Shown piece by piece: positions 9,497-20,700 of a DNA stretch of 43,988 bases. A program made the translations under genes and the position numbers. This DNA is from an uncultured Bacteroidaceae bacterium (lineage in GTDB: Bacteria > Bacteroidota > Bacteroidia > Bacteroidales > P3). Each line of letters begins with the position of its first letter. Position 1 is the stretch's first letter. The DNA is taken from positions 1 through 43,988 of the forward strand of contig CAYYUE010000001.1 of assembly GCA_964474745.1 (NCBI GenBank), read 5' to 3'. The notes under the pieces were generated by a model. The model was not told where the DNA came from and ran no database searches. It was given only the letters and a program-made list of their open reading frames with translations.

Positions 9497-10879
9497 ATGA
9501 CTTATAAAAAAAAGATAATAATATATTTTCTGATAACTTTTGTGTTGTATACGACTATTATCGTTTTTATTCAACTTGCTAAAGAAAAACGCTACCAAAC
9601 CAATGAACAAATAGAAGTACTGAAGGCCTATTCTGATATTATACAACACTATTTACAAACCTCACAAGATACGGCATCGGCATTGTTGTACCTTCCGGAC
9701 GGATGCCGTTTAACCATTATGGATAATGAAGGAAATGTGAGTTATGATAATGTATCGATAGTGCAAATCAATCACATGGATCGTCCTGAAATACAGGAAG
9801 CGCTACAACAAGAGACCGGAACAGCTATTCGAAAATCGAAAACGACTCATAGTGAATATTTGTACGTGGCGCAAAAGGTGCCGGGGGGATTTGTACGCAT
9901 TGCTCTTCCTTACGTGACGCGGTTCAACGATTTTTTCCAGCTTGACAATATTTTACTTTATGTGGCTGCATTTTTGTTTTTTACGTCTATATTGTTAGCA
10001 ATTTATTTTTCCGACAAGTTTTGGGGTGTTATGGAGACATTGAAAAAATTTGCTGCATCGGCTGAAAAAGGTACTGTTGATTATAATTCGGTACATTTTC
10101 CCGATACCGATTCGGGAGAAATTGGAAGCCGGATCATTTCTTTATATAAACAATTGGAAACAAGTAAGCTACAGATTATAGAGGAAAAAGATCGTAATCG
10201 AAAAATGAAACAAGAGATGACCAATAATATTGCACATGAACTCAAAACTCCGGTTAGCAGTATTAGAGGTTATTTGGAAATATTGTTGGGAGATAAGCCC
10301 ATTGATGAAGAAAAAAAACGTTATTTCCTAGAGCGATCTTATTCTCAAACATTGCGATTGTCGAGTCTGATTAACGATGTTTCGATGATCAATAAAATGG
10401 AAGAATCGTCGGATCTGTTTAAAAAAGAGTTGATTAATATTAGTACGATAGCGCAGGAAGCTATTGATGAATTGGACGATAAGATCGTAGAACGAAATAT
10501 TACAGTAATAAATAACTTGTCACCCAATATCAAAATTATTGGAAATCATAGTTTGATTTATGGTATATTTCGCAATTTGATAGAGAATGCTATATCATAT
10601 GCAGGAGAAAGCATTACAATAGGCATCGAGTGCCGCCGCGAAGATGTTAACTTTTATTATTTCCGGCTTTATGATACCGGGTGTGGTGTTGCTGAAAAGT
10701 ATCTGACTCGCATATTTGATCGTTTCTTGCGTATTGACGAAGGACGTAGCCGCAAGACAGGAGGAACCGGATTAGGACTTTCCATTGTAAAACATGCCGT
10801 TCTTTTTCACGAAGGGGGCATTGTGGCTAAAAATGCAGAAACAGGCGGATTGGAATTTTATTTCTCGTTGAAAAAGTAA
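9497..10879 (+). CDS. sensor histidine kinase
   Basis: 460 aa. Two TM segments, H-box NIAHELKTP, N-box FRNLIENAISY, G-boxes YDTGCG and GGTGLGLSIV. Confidence 0.9.
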   Translation: MTYKKKIIIYFLITFVLYTTIIVFIQLAKEKRYQTNEQIEVLKAYSDIIQHYLQTSQDTASALLYLPDGCRLTIMDNEGNVSYDNVSIVQINHMDRPEIQEALQQETGTAIRKSKTTHSEYLYVAQKVPGGFVRIALPYVTRFNDFFQLDNILLYVAAFLFFTSILLAIYFSDKFWGVMETLKKFAASAEKGTVDYNSVHFPDTDSGEIGSRIISLYKQLETSKLQIIEEKDRNRKMKQEMTNNIAHELKTPVSSIRGYLEILLGDKPIDEEKKRYFLERSYSQTLRLSSLINDVSMINKMEESSDLFKKELINISTIAQEAIDELDDKIVERNITVINNLSPNIKIIGNHSLIYGIFRNLIENAISYAGESITIGIECRREDVNFYYFRLYDTGCGVAEKYLTRIFDRFLRIDEGRSRKTGGTGLGLSIVKHAVLFHEGGIVAKNAETGGLEFYFSLKK

Positions 10880-10952
10880 TATAGATTGGTTTTCTCTATT
10901 TCGCAATATATTTCGTTTAACCCTGATTAAAATATTGAGTAGGAGAGAGTCG

Positions 10953-13900
10953 TTAACAGAGTTGTTCCAATTTGGAAATCGCAGAGACAATAGTTTGAAT
11001 AGCATTAAAAGTGAGAGATAATCTTTTTTGCGATTCTTTTAAATGGCAAGTTTTCGGATTCTGCTGTACATAACGAATCACTTTAGCGAAACATTCCGAT
11101 TTATAGAAAGGGTTCTCCGGATCGGTAACAAAGTAGCAAATCATCTTTTGTTGCTTTAACACTACTTTTTCAATACCGATTTCTTTTGATAAACGTCGAA
11201 GTTTTATGGTTTCAATCAGCTCGCAGGTCTGTTCCGGAATGGTCCCAAAACGGTCTGTTAGCCGACCACGGTAATCATTCAGCTGTTCGTCCGTTTCTAA
11301 TTCGTTCAGTTCTTTGTATAACAATAACCGTTCGCTGATATTTGTAACATAATCGTCCGGAATAAGTACTTCCAAATCTGTTTCAATAACACATTCTTTA
11401 ACAAACTCACGATTGTCTGTCATTTCATCGGCATATAAATCTTTAAACTCGGTGGCTTTCAATTCTTCTATAGCTTCGTTGAGAATTTTGTGATACATAT
11501 CATAACCGATTTCAGAAATAAAACCACTTTGTTCAGCGCCTAAAATGTTACCCGCTCCACGAATGTCCAAATCTCGCATAGCAATGTTGAATCCACTTCC
11601 AATACTTGAAAATTCTTCGATTGCTTTCAGTCTTTTTTGAGCCTCTTCCGTAAGTATGGAGAAAGAAGGTACTAACAAGTAGCAGAATGATTTTTTATTC
11701 GATCGACCTACGCGCCCTCTCAGTTGATGAAGTTCGCTCAATCCAAATTGCTGAGGGTTGTTGATAATAATAGTGTTCGCATTAGGGATGTCCAATCCGT
11801 TTTCAATAATAGCTGTAGAAACAAGCACATCCGTATCGCCGTTGATAAAATCCAACAATACTTCTTCCAACTTAGCGCCTTCCATTTGTCCGTGCCCGAT
11901 TCCGATACGTGCATCAGGAACCAACCGTTGCACCATGCCGGCCATTTCCGTTAAGTTTTCGATACGATTGCTAACAAAAAATACTTGTCCACCTCGAGAA
12001 AGTTCATACAATACGGCGTCACGAATAATTTCTTCCGAAAAAACAGCCAGTTCCGTTTGTATGGGTTGACGATTGGAAGGAGCGGTGTTAATCACCGAAA
12101 GATCGCGAGCCCCCATCAGTGAAAATTGCAAGGTACGCGGAATCGGCGTTGCCGTAAGAGTTAAACTATCTACGTTGATCTTCAGGCTACGCAGTTTCTC
12201 TTTTACGCTTACTCCGAATTTTTGCTCTTCGTCAATGATTAATAATCCCAAATCTTTAAACTTAATCTTTGAATTGGTTATGGCGTGGGTGCCGATAAGA
12301 ATATCAATTTTACCTTCTTCCAGTTTTTTGTATATTTGATTTTTATCTTTCGCAGTTCGAAACCTGTTAATATATTCGATATTGCAAGGCAGGTCAGCCA
12401 GTCGCTCTTTGAATGTATTGTAATGCTGCAACGCCAAAATAGTGGTAGGCACCAATACCGCAACTTGTTTGCTATCTGCAACCGCTTTGAATGCGGCGCG
12501 TATGGCCACTTCCGTTTTTCCAAATCCCACATCTCCGCAAACCAGCCTGTCCATAGGTGCCGGTGATTCCATATCCGTTTTTACGTCGCGAGTAGCTTTG
12601 TATTGATCCGGAGTATCTTCGTAGATAAACGAGGCTTCTAATTCATTTTGCAAATAAGAATCGTGAGAAAAAGCGAACCCTTTGGATGCTTTACGTTCCG
12701 CATACAGCTTGATCAGGTCTTTAGCAATATCTTTTACACGTTGTTTGGTTTTCTGTTTCAGCACTTGCCACGATGCCGATCCCAACCGATTTAAGGTAGG
12801 CGTATTTCCTTCCTTTCCTATGTAACGGCTAATTTTGTGTAAGCTGTGTATGCTGATATACAAGATGTCATTGTCTTTATATATCAATCGGATGGCCTCT
12901 TGGATTTTTCCGTTATTTTCAATTTTTTCCAGCCCCGCAAATTTACCTACTCCATGATCGATATGCGTAATGTAATCACCCGGCTTCAGCTCAAAGAGTT
13001 CTTTTAATGTAATCGCTTCACGAGCATCCGATAAATCTTTAATTTTATATTTGTGATAACGTTCAAAAATTTCGTGATCTGTAAAACATACTGTTTTTTC
13101 CGTATGATCAATAAATCCATGAGAGAGCGAAATGTCTAAAAAGTCGATGTTAAGATATAAGTTCGGAAGTTGAACTTCAGCAAAAATTTTCTCCAATCGT
13201 TTCAATTGTTGCGTATTTTCTACGCATATGTAGTTTTTATATCCTTGCTCTCTATAGTTGTTTAGCGTTTTCAATAACAGTTCGAAATGTTTGTTGAAAA
13301 CGGGTTGCGCGGTAGAGTCTGTTGTGATTATTTTTGCATCCGAAAAGAAATTCGTATTTCCGTATTCAATAATGTTTAAAGAGATTGCGTGGTGTAAAAA
13401 TTCGTTTCCCGTTGAATACAATTCTTCAGGTTTTTGCCGGCTGACGGTACTTGATAATGAAGTATACATTTTTTCTGCTTCTTTGAAATCTGTTTCCAGC
13501 ATATCTGTTGTATGCATAAGGTTTTCGACCCAAAGAAAATCTTTTTCGGTTAAATAGTGTAATAAAGGAACTTTCTTCTCTTTGTATAATGTGGTTTTGT
13601 TTTCTATGTTGGGAATTAATGTAATTGATTCCAGTTTTTGGATAGAAAGTTGAGAGATAGGGTGGAAGGTTCGTAACGATTCTACCGCATCTCCAAAAAA
13701 TTCAATGCGGAACGGAAATTCGCCGGCAAATGAAAATACGTCGATGATACCTCCTCGCAAAGCATATTGACCCGGCTCTATAACAAAATCGACACGTTCA
13801 AATTCGTATTCCATCAATACATCCATTACAAAATCAATAGAAAGATTGGTGTTGACATGAATCTCAAGTGTATTTTGAGTCAGTGTCTGAGAGGATACAA

Positions 13901-14309
13901 CCTTTTCTGAAAGTGCTTCCGGGTAAGTTACAATAATGGGATGTTGTTTTGAGTTGAGCCGTTTCATTACTTCGGAACGGAGCAATACATTCGCATTATC
14001 CGTATGTTCCGTTTGGTAGGGTTTCTTATATGAAGTAGGAAATATCAATACTCGTTTTTTTTCCAATTCTGTATGTGTTTCATCCAGCAAAGTTTCCAAA
14101 TCATTATAAAAATAAAGTGCTTCTTCTTTGTTGGAGACAATGAATAAATGCGTGAACTCTTTTCTTTGTTGTGAAAGTGCGGCTCCAATAACCTGAGGTA
14201 AAGATCCTGAAAGCCCTTTTAATTTGATACGAAGTTTTGTTTGATTGAGTAGAGTTGACAATTCTTTTAGGATGGCCGTTTGTTGGTATCGTTCGATTAA
14301 TTTATTCAT
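10953..14309 (-). CDS. mfd: transcription-repair coupling factor
   Basis: 1118 aa. Helicase motifs GDVGFGKTEVA and DEEQKFG, with UvrB-homology and TRG-type regions in the usual Mfd order. Confidence 0.95.
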   Translation of the reverse strand: MNKLIERYQQTAILKELSTLLNQTKLRIKLKGLSGSLPQVIGAALSQQRKEFTHLFIVSNKEEALYFYNDLETLLDETHTELEKKRVLIFPTSYKKPYQTEHTDNANVLLRSEVMKRLNSKQHPIIVTYPEALSEKVVSSQTLTQNTLEIHVNTNLSIDFVMDVLMEYEFERVDFVIEPGQYALRGGIIDVFSFAGEFPFRIEFFGDAVESLRTFHPISQLSIQKLESITLIPNIENKTTLYKEKKVPLLHYLTEKDFLWVENLMHTTDMLETDFKEAEKMYTSLSSTVSRQKPEELYSTGNEFLHHAISLNIIEYGNTNFFSDAKIITTDSTAQPVFNKHFELLLKTLNNYREQGYKNYICVENTQQLKRLEKIFAEVQLPNLYLNIDFLDISLSHGFIDHTEKTVCFTDHEIFERYHKYKIKDLSDAREAITLKELFELKPGDYITHIDHGVGKFAGLEKIENNGKIQEAIRLIYKDNDILYISIHSLHKISRYIGKEGNTPTLNRLGSASWQVLKQKTKQRVKDIAKDLIKLYAERKASKGFAFSHDSYLQNELEASFIYEDTPDQYKATRDVKTDMESPAPMDRLVCGDVGFGKTEVAIRAAFKAVADSKQVAVLVPTTILALQHYNTFKERLADLPCNIEYINRFRTAKDKNQIYKKLEEGKIDILIGTHAITNSKIKFKDLGLLIIDEEQKFGVSVKEKLRSLKINVDSLTLTATPIPRTLQFSLMGARDLSVINTAPSNRQPIQTELAVFSEEIIRDAVLYELSRGGQVFFVSNRIENLTEMAGMVQRLVPDARIGIGHGQMEGAKLEEVLLDFINGDTDVLVSTAIIENGLDIPNANTIIINNPQQFGLSELHQLRGRVGRSNKKSFCYLLVPSFSILTEEAQKRLKAIEEFSSIGSGFNIAMRDLDIRGAGNILGAEQSGFISEIGYDMYHKILNEAIEELKATEFKDLYADEMTDNREFVKECVIETDLEVLIPDDYVTNISERLLLYKELNELETDEQLNDYRGRLTDRFGTIPEQTCELIETIKLRRLSKEIGIEKVVLKQQKMICYFVTDPENPFYKSECFAKVIRYVQQNPKTCHLKESQKRLSLTFNAIQTIVSAISKLEQLC

Positions 14310-14386
14310 TTTCGGTTATAAAATGGTAATTTACTTTTATTTCGTATACGAGCAGTTTCAAGAGAAACCATTGTGTTTTCAGAGTA

Positions 14387-14394
14387 CAAAATTA
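14387..14394 (-). promoter_or_regulatory. Bacteroidota -7 promoter box TAATTTTG
   Basis: Reverse complement of CAAAATTA, 78 nt upstream of the mfd ATG. Confidence 0.45.
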
Positions 14395-14557
14395 CGTTTT
14401 TTTTGCGAGAGGGATTCCTTTATTATGTTGAAATGGCAATTCATTACGATATCCAATATTACTTATTGTTACACCGTTTACTTTCTAAGGTCTGGATTTA
14501 TAAAAAAATGAGCGTAATTACGAAAAAAAATATGATGATGATATTATAAAAAGGTAG

Positions 14558-14565
14558 TACCTTTG
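14558..14565 (+). promoter_or_regulatory. candidate -7 promoter box TACCTTTG
   Basis: TAnnTTTG match in the mfd/ybaN divergent spacer, 187 nt upstream of the ybaN ATG. Confidence 0.35.
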
Positions 14566-14751
14566 CACATACTATATCGAAATTATATTACGTATAATTG
14601 AATTTTTGTAAGGAAAGTATAGGTTTCAAATGAGAATAAATATGTGATTAATACATGCGATTTGCAGTATGTATTGGATATATGCCGGTGCGAAATATGA
14701 AAATAGGGTATGAGCTTAAAATAAATTACAGATAAAAGTTTGCATGATTGA

Positions 14752-15120
14752 ATGAAAAAAACCATTTTTATCCTTATAGCGGTTATTAGTTTGCTATTGG
14801 GCATTATAGGAATGTTTGTTCCCATTTTACCTACCACCCCGTTTCTTTTACTTTCTGCCGCGCTGTTTGCCCGAAGTTCAAAAAAATACTATGATTGGTT
14901 GTTAAACCATAAATATTTGGGACCTTATATTCGAAATTTTAGAGAAGACAAAAGTATTCCGCTTAGAGTGAAAATTATTTCTATTTCTCTCTTATGGATA
15001 ACCATATTGACGAGCGTATTTTTTGCTGCAGCAGGAAAATTATGGTTACAATTGGTATTAATTGCTATTGCTATAGGTGTCAGTATTCATATCCTTTCGT
15101 TTAAAACCAAAAAAAAATAG
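14752..15120 (+). CDS. ybaN: YbaN family inner-membrane protein (DUF454)
   Basis: 122 aa with four hydrophobic segments and the GMFVPILPTTPFLLLSAALFARSS motif typical of DUF454. Confidence 0.8.
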   Translation: MKKTIFILIAVISLLLGIIGMFVPILPTTPFLLLSAALFARSSKKYYDWLLNHKYLGPYIRNFREDKSIPLRVKIISISLLWITILTSVFFAAAGKLWLQLVLIAIAIGVSIHILSFKTKKK

Positions 15121-15312
15121 CCATTATCCATGTCGTTGATGGTATAAAAGAAGGTAAAATCAATGTAATAGCTGTTTTTACATAACTTCAAAAGCAGAAT
15201 TTCCACTCTTTCCCGATCCTGTATTTTTCAACAGCATACCTTATTGAAGAGGCTTTAATTTGTAAATAATGTTAATATTTTGAATATACAAATACGTCTC
15301 CTTCTATTCTTG

Positions 15313-15320
15313 TATATTTG
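15313..15320 (+). promoter_or_regulatory. Bacteroidota -7 promoter box TATATTTG
   Basis: TAnnTTTG match 40 nt upstream of the ATG at 15360. It overlaps the TTG that starts the ORF-track model. Confidence 0.6.
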
Positions 15321-15322
15321 CA

Positions 15323-15344
15323 ATTAATTAATCGATTAATTAAT
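15323..15344. promoter_or_regulatory. 22-bp perfect palindrome, probable TetR operator
   Basis: ATTAATTAATCGATTAATTAAT equals its own reverse complement. It starts 3 nt after the -7 box and lies upstream of the tetR ATG. Confidence 0.6.
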
Positions 15345-15359
15345 AATGATAACTGTCTG

Positions 15360-15974
15360 ATGTGTAATAAAAAAGATAAGCAAAAACTGATTCTTGAAGC
15401 TGCCGAATATCTATTTCTAACGAATGGATATGAGCAAACTTCTACTAAAGATATTGCCAAAAAGGCCGGATGCAATGCTGCATTGTTGCATTACTATTAC
15501 CACACGAAAGAACAATTGTTTATGGCCATTTTTGAAGAAAAAGTGTGTCAATTTGCAGAAAGTTTTGTCCATATAGATGATGCAGAAACATTTCAGGAAA
15601 ACATAAGAAGAAGAGTCGATCGTATTTCAGAATGGTTGATATCGAATCCGTTGGTTCCCTTTATGATTGTCACTCAAATTATGACATCGAAACAACATAT
15701 GGATGTGTTGAAAGTGAAACTTCAAGCAATTTTAGGCGATTACTCCAAGATGATACAAAAGAAACTGGATGAGGAGTATGAGAATGGCAACATTCGAAAA
15801 ACAACTTTTTTAGATCTTGCCATTACCGTTCTATCTCAAGTATCCTTTTTGTTTTTGATAAAATACGGAATACAACGTGTATGTGATTTTAGCGATGACG
15901 AACTGGAAGTATTTATTGAGCATCGGAAAGCGGAGAATTTTAGAATTGTCTTGGAAAGTTTGAAACCGGAATAA
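15360..15974 (+). CDS. TetR/AcrR family transcriptional regulator
   Basis: N-terminal HTH (ILEAAEYLFLTNGYEQTSTKDIAKKAGCNAALLHYYY). Start moved to the ATG at 15360 because the TTG at 15318 lies within the promoter box. Confidence 0.85.
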   Translation: MCNKKDKQKLILEAAEYLFLTNGYEQTSTKDIAKKAGCNAALLHYYYHTKEQLFMAIFEEKVCQFAESFVHIDDAETFQENIRRRVDRISEWLISNPLVPFMIVTQIMTSKQHMDVLKVKLQAILGDYSKMIQKKLDEEYENGNIRKTTFLDLAITVLSQVSFLFLIKYGIQRVCDFSDDELEVFIEHRKAENFRIVLESLKPE

Positions 15975-16011
15975 AGCGGGTATATGAATAACGTTGTAAA
16001 ATAAAAAAACG

Positions 16012-16482
16012 ATGGGTAGAAACATAAAATACATATTTATTATACTAGTAATGTGCATGTTTGTAAATGAGTTGCATGCGCAATCGGGAGGAGATCAAAT
16101 TATAGGTATTTATTTGATGAAAACACCGGATACCGGTGACGAATCTCGAATCGAAATTTATAAAACTCAAAACGGAACCTATGCAGGTAAAGTAATTTGG
16201 GTAAAAAATCCGCACAATGAAGACGGCACGCTTCGCCGCGATGTCAAAAACCCCGATCCAAAACTTCGAAATCGAACTGCCGATAATATGATTATTTTAA
16301 AAAACCTGAAATACGATTCCGATAATCAAGAGTGGATAGAAGGGGATATTTATAATCCCAACATGGGAAAATCATTTAAATTGAAGGTTAAAAAGATGAA
16401 GAATCCGGATGAAATAATTGTTCGTTACTATAAAGGAATACCTTTCGCAGGAATGGATAATACATGGAAAAAATTGAAATAA
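16012..16482 (+). CDS. DUF2147 domain-containing secreted protein
   Basis: 156 aa. Signal peptide, then GKVIW...DVKNPDPKLRNR..., matching the DUF2147 pattern. Confidence 0.65.
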   Translation: MGRNIKYIFIILVMCMFVNELHAQSGGDQIIGIYLMKTPDTGDESRIEIYKTQNGTYAGKVIWVKNPHNEDGTLRRDVKNPDPKLRNRTADNMIILKNLKYDSDNQEWIEGDIYNPNMGKSFKLKVKKMKNPDEIIVRYYKGIPFAGMDNTWKKLK

Positions 16483-16541
16483 TAAAGACTGTAACCATTG
16501 AAATGATCCGGAGGAATTTACTTACTACAAAGGGGAACAAT

Positions 16542-16549
16542 TAACTTTG
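16542..16549 (+). promoter_or_regulatory. candidate internal -7 promoter box TAACTTTG upstream of the efflux genes
   Basis: TAnnTTTG match inside the 200-nt spacer between the DUF2147 and adaptor genes. Confidence 0.4.
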
Positions 16550-16682
16550 TAGAACTCGGAAGAGACCGGAGCATGAAACTTGGCATGTTCAGCCTTTTCA
16601 AGGTTGTACCGTATCGGATGAAGGATCGCACTATATACTGCAATCTTTATTGGGTTGCATATGCATTACAGAAAAATAAATT

Positions 16683-17744
16683 ATGAAATATCAACTAATT
16701 GTAAACTTTATTGAGATGAAATTATATATTAATAGCGGACTACTGGCTTTGCTCTTGGTTATGAGCGGGTGTAAAAATGCGGAACAAAAGCATGAAAAAA
16801 CAACCATTCCTGTTCGAGCTGTAACGGTGGGATCTTCAACGGTAAAAGACCGGCAACAATATGTAGGTACTGTTGAAGAAGGGTCTTCGGTTTTATTGAG
16901 TTTTGCTTCTGCAGGAACCGTGAAAACGGTTTCGGCGAAGGAAGGAATCGCTGTTCAAAAAGGGCAATTGCTGGCAACTCTCGACGATCGTACGGCGCAG
17001 AGTGCTTATCATGCGGCAAAAGCCGCGTTAGACCGAGCCGTAGACGGATACAGACGCGCGGAGCAAGTGTATAAAAAAGGGAGTATGCCTGAAGTAAAAT
17101 GGATTGAAATTCAGACACAACTTGAACAGGCTCAATCGATGGCCGATATCTCGCAAAAGAATTGGGAAGATTGTAAATTGTATGCACCTCAATCGGGGAT
17201 AATAGGAGATGTAACGATTCATCCGGGAATGAATGTATTGCCGTATCAACCGATAATGAAGGTCATGAATGTGGCGCAGTTACATGTAAAAGTATCCATA
17301 CCCGAAAATGAGATTACCAAAATTGCATTAGGTCAAAAAGCCAAAATCACCGTAGCCGCATTGGATAATAAGGAATACGAAGGGATTGTTGATGAACGGA
17401 GTTTTACAGCAAATACCCTTTCACATAGTTATCCGGTACGGATTCGATTGTTGGGAGAGACCAAAGGGTTACTTCCCGGAATGGTTTGTAAGGTTGTAGT
17501 ATCTGAAGATTCTAAAACTGTCGTAAAGGAAATTCCCAACAGGGCTATACAGCTCGATAATGACGGGCGGCGCTTTGTATGGGTTGCAGAGCATGGCGTT
17601 GCAGTTCGTAAATATGTTACTATTGGCGATTTAACAAGAACAGGGGTCATGATCAGTAGCGGTTTGGAGGAAGGTGAAAAGGTTATTACCGACGGGATTC
17701 AAAAAATATCTGAAGGAACCCAAATTAGTGTAGAGAGCAAATAG
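16683..17744 (+). CDS. efflux RND transporter periplasmic adaptor subunit
   Basis: 353 aa. Lipoprotein signal LLLVMSGC (an alternative ATG at 16716 is possible) and a biotinyl-lipoyl hairpin/beta-barrel pattern typical of the HlyD/AcrA family. Confidence 0.85.
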   Translation: MKYQLIVNFIEMKLYINSGLLALLLVMSGCKNAEQKHEKTTIPVRAVTVGSSTVKDRQQYVGTVEEGSSVLLSFASAGTVKTVSAKEGIAVQKGQLLATLDDRTAQSAYHAAKAALDRAVDGYRRAEQVYKKGSMPEVKWIEIQTQLEQAQSMADISQKNWEDCKLYAPQSGIIGDVTIHPGMNVLPYQPIMKVMNVAQLHVKVSIPENEITKIALGQKAKITVAALDNKEYEGIVDERSFTANTLSHSYPVRIRLLGETKGLLPGMVCKVVVSEDSKTVVKEIPNRAIQLDNDGRRFVWVAEHGVAVRKYVTIGDLTRTGVMISSGLEEGEKVITDGIQKISEGTQISVESK

Positions 17745-17798
17745 AAGCGCATGTGCAAACATAGAGTTGAGTAACATTAAAATAAATATGCCATAAAC

Positions 17799-20700
17799 AT
17801 GGGAAAAGATAAAAAAGGCATTATCGAATCGATAATGAAATCATATAAAATTGTATTTTTAATCATCATTTTACTGGTCGCATACGGTATTTACGGTTTG
17901 GTAGATATGGATAAACAGGAATTTCCCGAATTTACCATACGACAAGGAGTTATAGGGGCCGTATATCCCGGAGCTACGCCTGAAGAAATAGAAGAACAAC
18001 TCACCAAACCGTTGGAAAATTTTTTGTTTACTTTCCAGGAAGTAGATAAAAAGAAAACCTATTCTTATACACAAGATGGTATTGTGTATGTATTTGTAGA
18101 ATTGAATAAAAATATACACAATAAAAATGAGGCATGGTCTAAAATTCGCCACGGATTGAAAGATTTTAAAATGATGCTGCCTGCAGGCGTTCTGGCACTG
18201 GTCGTTAACGATGACTTTGGCAATACATCTTCTTTGTTGATAACGATGCAATCGAGCGATAAAACATATCGCGAACTCCAACATTACATGGATTTGCTCT
18301 GCGATAAGTTGCGTACCATCGATGCCATGGGAAACATCAATGTTATTGGAAAACAAAAGGAAGAAATTAATGTGTATATCGATAAAGAAAAACTCGCCAC
18401 GTACGGAATTAGCGATAAAACATTGATGGCAAATTTGTATACTCAAGGTTTATTGACAATCGGGGGAACGCTGGCGACGGATGACATGACTGTTCCGTTG
18501 CATGTTGTAAGTCCCTATCGATCGGAAAAGGAAATTATAGAGCAAATTGTTTACTCGGACCCTCAAGGGAATGTAGTCCGATTAAAAGATATTGCACGTA
18601 TTGTGCGAGAAAATGCGGATCCGGATAACTATATTATGAAAGACGGACAAAAGACATTGGTGCTTTCTATCGAAATGCGCTCCGGTAATAATATTGTGGA
18701 ATTTGGGGAAGAGGTAGAAGCCGCATTACAAGATTTCCAACGTACATTGCCCGAAAGCGTATCGTTATATCGGATAACGGATTTACCCGAAGTGGTAGGG
18801 AACTCGGTATATTCATTTTTGATAGATTTGGTAACATCCATTGTTATTGTCATTTTGGTACTTCTGATTCTGTTCCCTTTGCGGTCTGCTTTAGTTGCTG
18901 CTATCGGAATTCCGATTTCCACAGCTATAACGCTTGCTGTAATGTATACTTTCGGTATCGAAATGAATACGGTAACTTTAGCTGTTCTTATTGTGGTGCT
19001 GGGTATGATTGTGGACAATTCCGTTGTGGTTATCGACGGGTATATCGATCTTTTGAATAGAGGATACTCTCGTTGGGATGCGGCGGTAACAAGTGCAAAT
19101 ATGTATTTTTCTCCGTTGTTGTTAGCAACCATTGCCATCAGCAGTATTTTTTTCCCGTTTTTATTTACACTTACAGGCCCGTTGGGCGACTTTATTAAAT
19201 TTTTCCCATGGTCTATTGCCGTAGCTCTGTTTATCTCGTTAGGAATATCCATGTTTTTAACGCCTTATTTGGAATACCGGTATATCGGACTACAGCCTCC
19301 AAATCAAAAGGTTTCTTTTGTAACAAAAATACAGAATCGTTTTTTTTGCTGGTTGCAAGTAGGTTACGAATGGGTATTGGGCCGTTGTTTCAAGCATCCG
19401 TATATAACGCTGGGTATTGGATTCGGGACTGTATTGTCGGCAGTGTTGATATTCTTGAATTTGCCGATGCAGATGATGCCTAAAGCGGAACGGAATTGCT
19501 TTGCCGTGGAGATATACCTTCCGAGCGGTTCTCCGTTGAAACAAACCCGCGCGGTATGCGATAGTGTGGAAGCGTTGCTGAAACAAGACAAGCGGATTGA
19601 GTCTGCTACTGTTTTTGTAGGAACGGGCTCGCCTCGTTTCATGACTACGTATGCGCCCAATATGCCCACAAAGAATTATGCTCAGTTTATTGTCAATACG
19701 GTTTCCGAAAAAGCCACCAAAGAAGTACTGAAAGCATATAAGGATAAGTACGACAATTGGTTTCCGGAAGCTTATGTGCGCTTTAAACAGATGGATTATC
19801 AGGCTGTTAAAAATCCGGTCGAAGTCCGATTTATGGGTAATGACCTACAAGAGTTGGAAATATATTCCGATTCGTTGACACGTTTTATGCACACTTTGGA
19901 TGATGAGCTTTCGTGGATTCATTCCGACCATGACGAATATATGCCTACGGTAAAAATAGAGCTGAACCAAGATGAAGCCACGCGTTTGGGCATTACCAAA
20001 GCAATGGTATCGGCGGGTTTGGCTACTGCTTTCGGCGGGACTCCCTTAACCACTGTTTGGGAGGGCGATTATGCTGTTGCCGTAAAGCTTCGGTTGGAAA
20101 ACGCCGACAGTTCATTTTCGTTCGAAGATATAGGCAATACATTGATATCCGGGGTTGTCCCCGGTGTTTGGGTGCCTTTACGCCAGATTGCAACGTTAAC
20201 TCCTGATTGGCAACCGGCTCAAATTGGGCATCGAAACGGAGTGAATTGTATTACCGTGTCTGCCGATCTGAAATATAACGGTTCACAGCCTAAAACCATG
20301 AAGAAAATACAAAAATACATCGAGAGTAATTTGAAAAATCAGGTTCCCGAGGATATAAAAATCGTATATGGAGGGCTTACCGAAGTCAATGAAGAAACCG
20401 CTCCTGAAATTATATCGGGATTGATTGCAGCCTTATTGATTGTTTTCTTTTTCTTGGTTTTTACTTTCAAGAAAATCAGTTTGTCGCTACTTTCAATGGG
20501 GGCTATGACATTGTGTTTGTTCGGTGCTTTTTTGGGATTGTGGATTTTTGGTGTCGATGTGAGCCTTACAGCTATTTTGGGGATTGTAAGTTTGATTGGA
20601 ATTATTGTGCGGAATGCCATTATCATGTTCGAGTATGCAGAAGAACTGCACAAGGGAGGGGCTTCGGCGCACGATGCCGCCTTCGAAGCCGGAAAACGGC

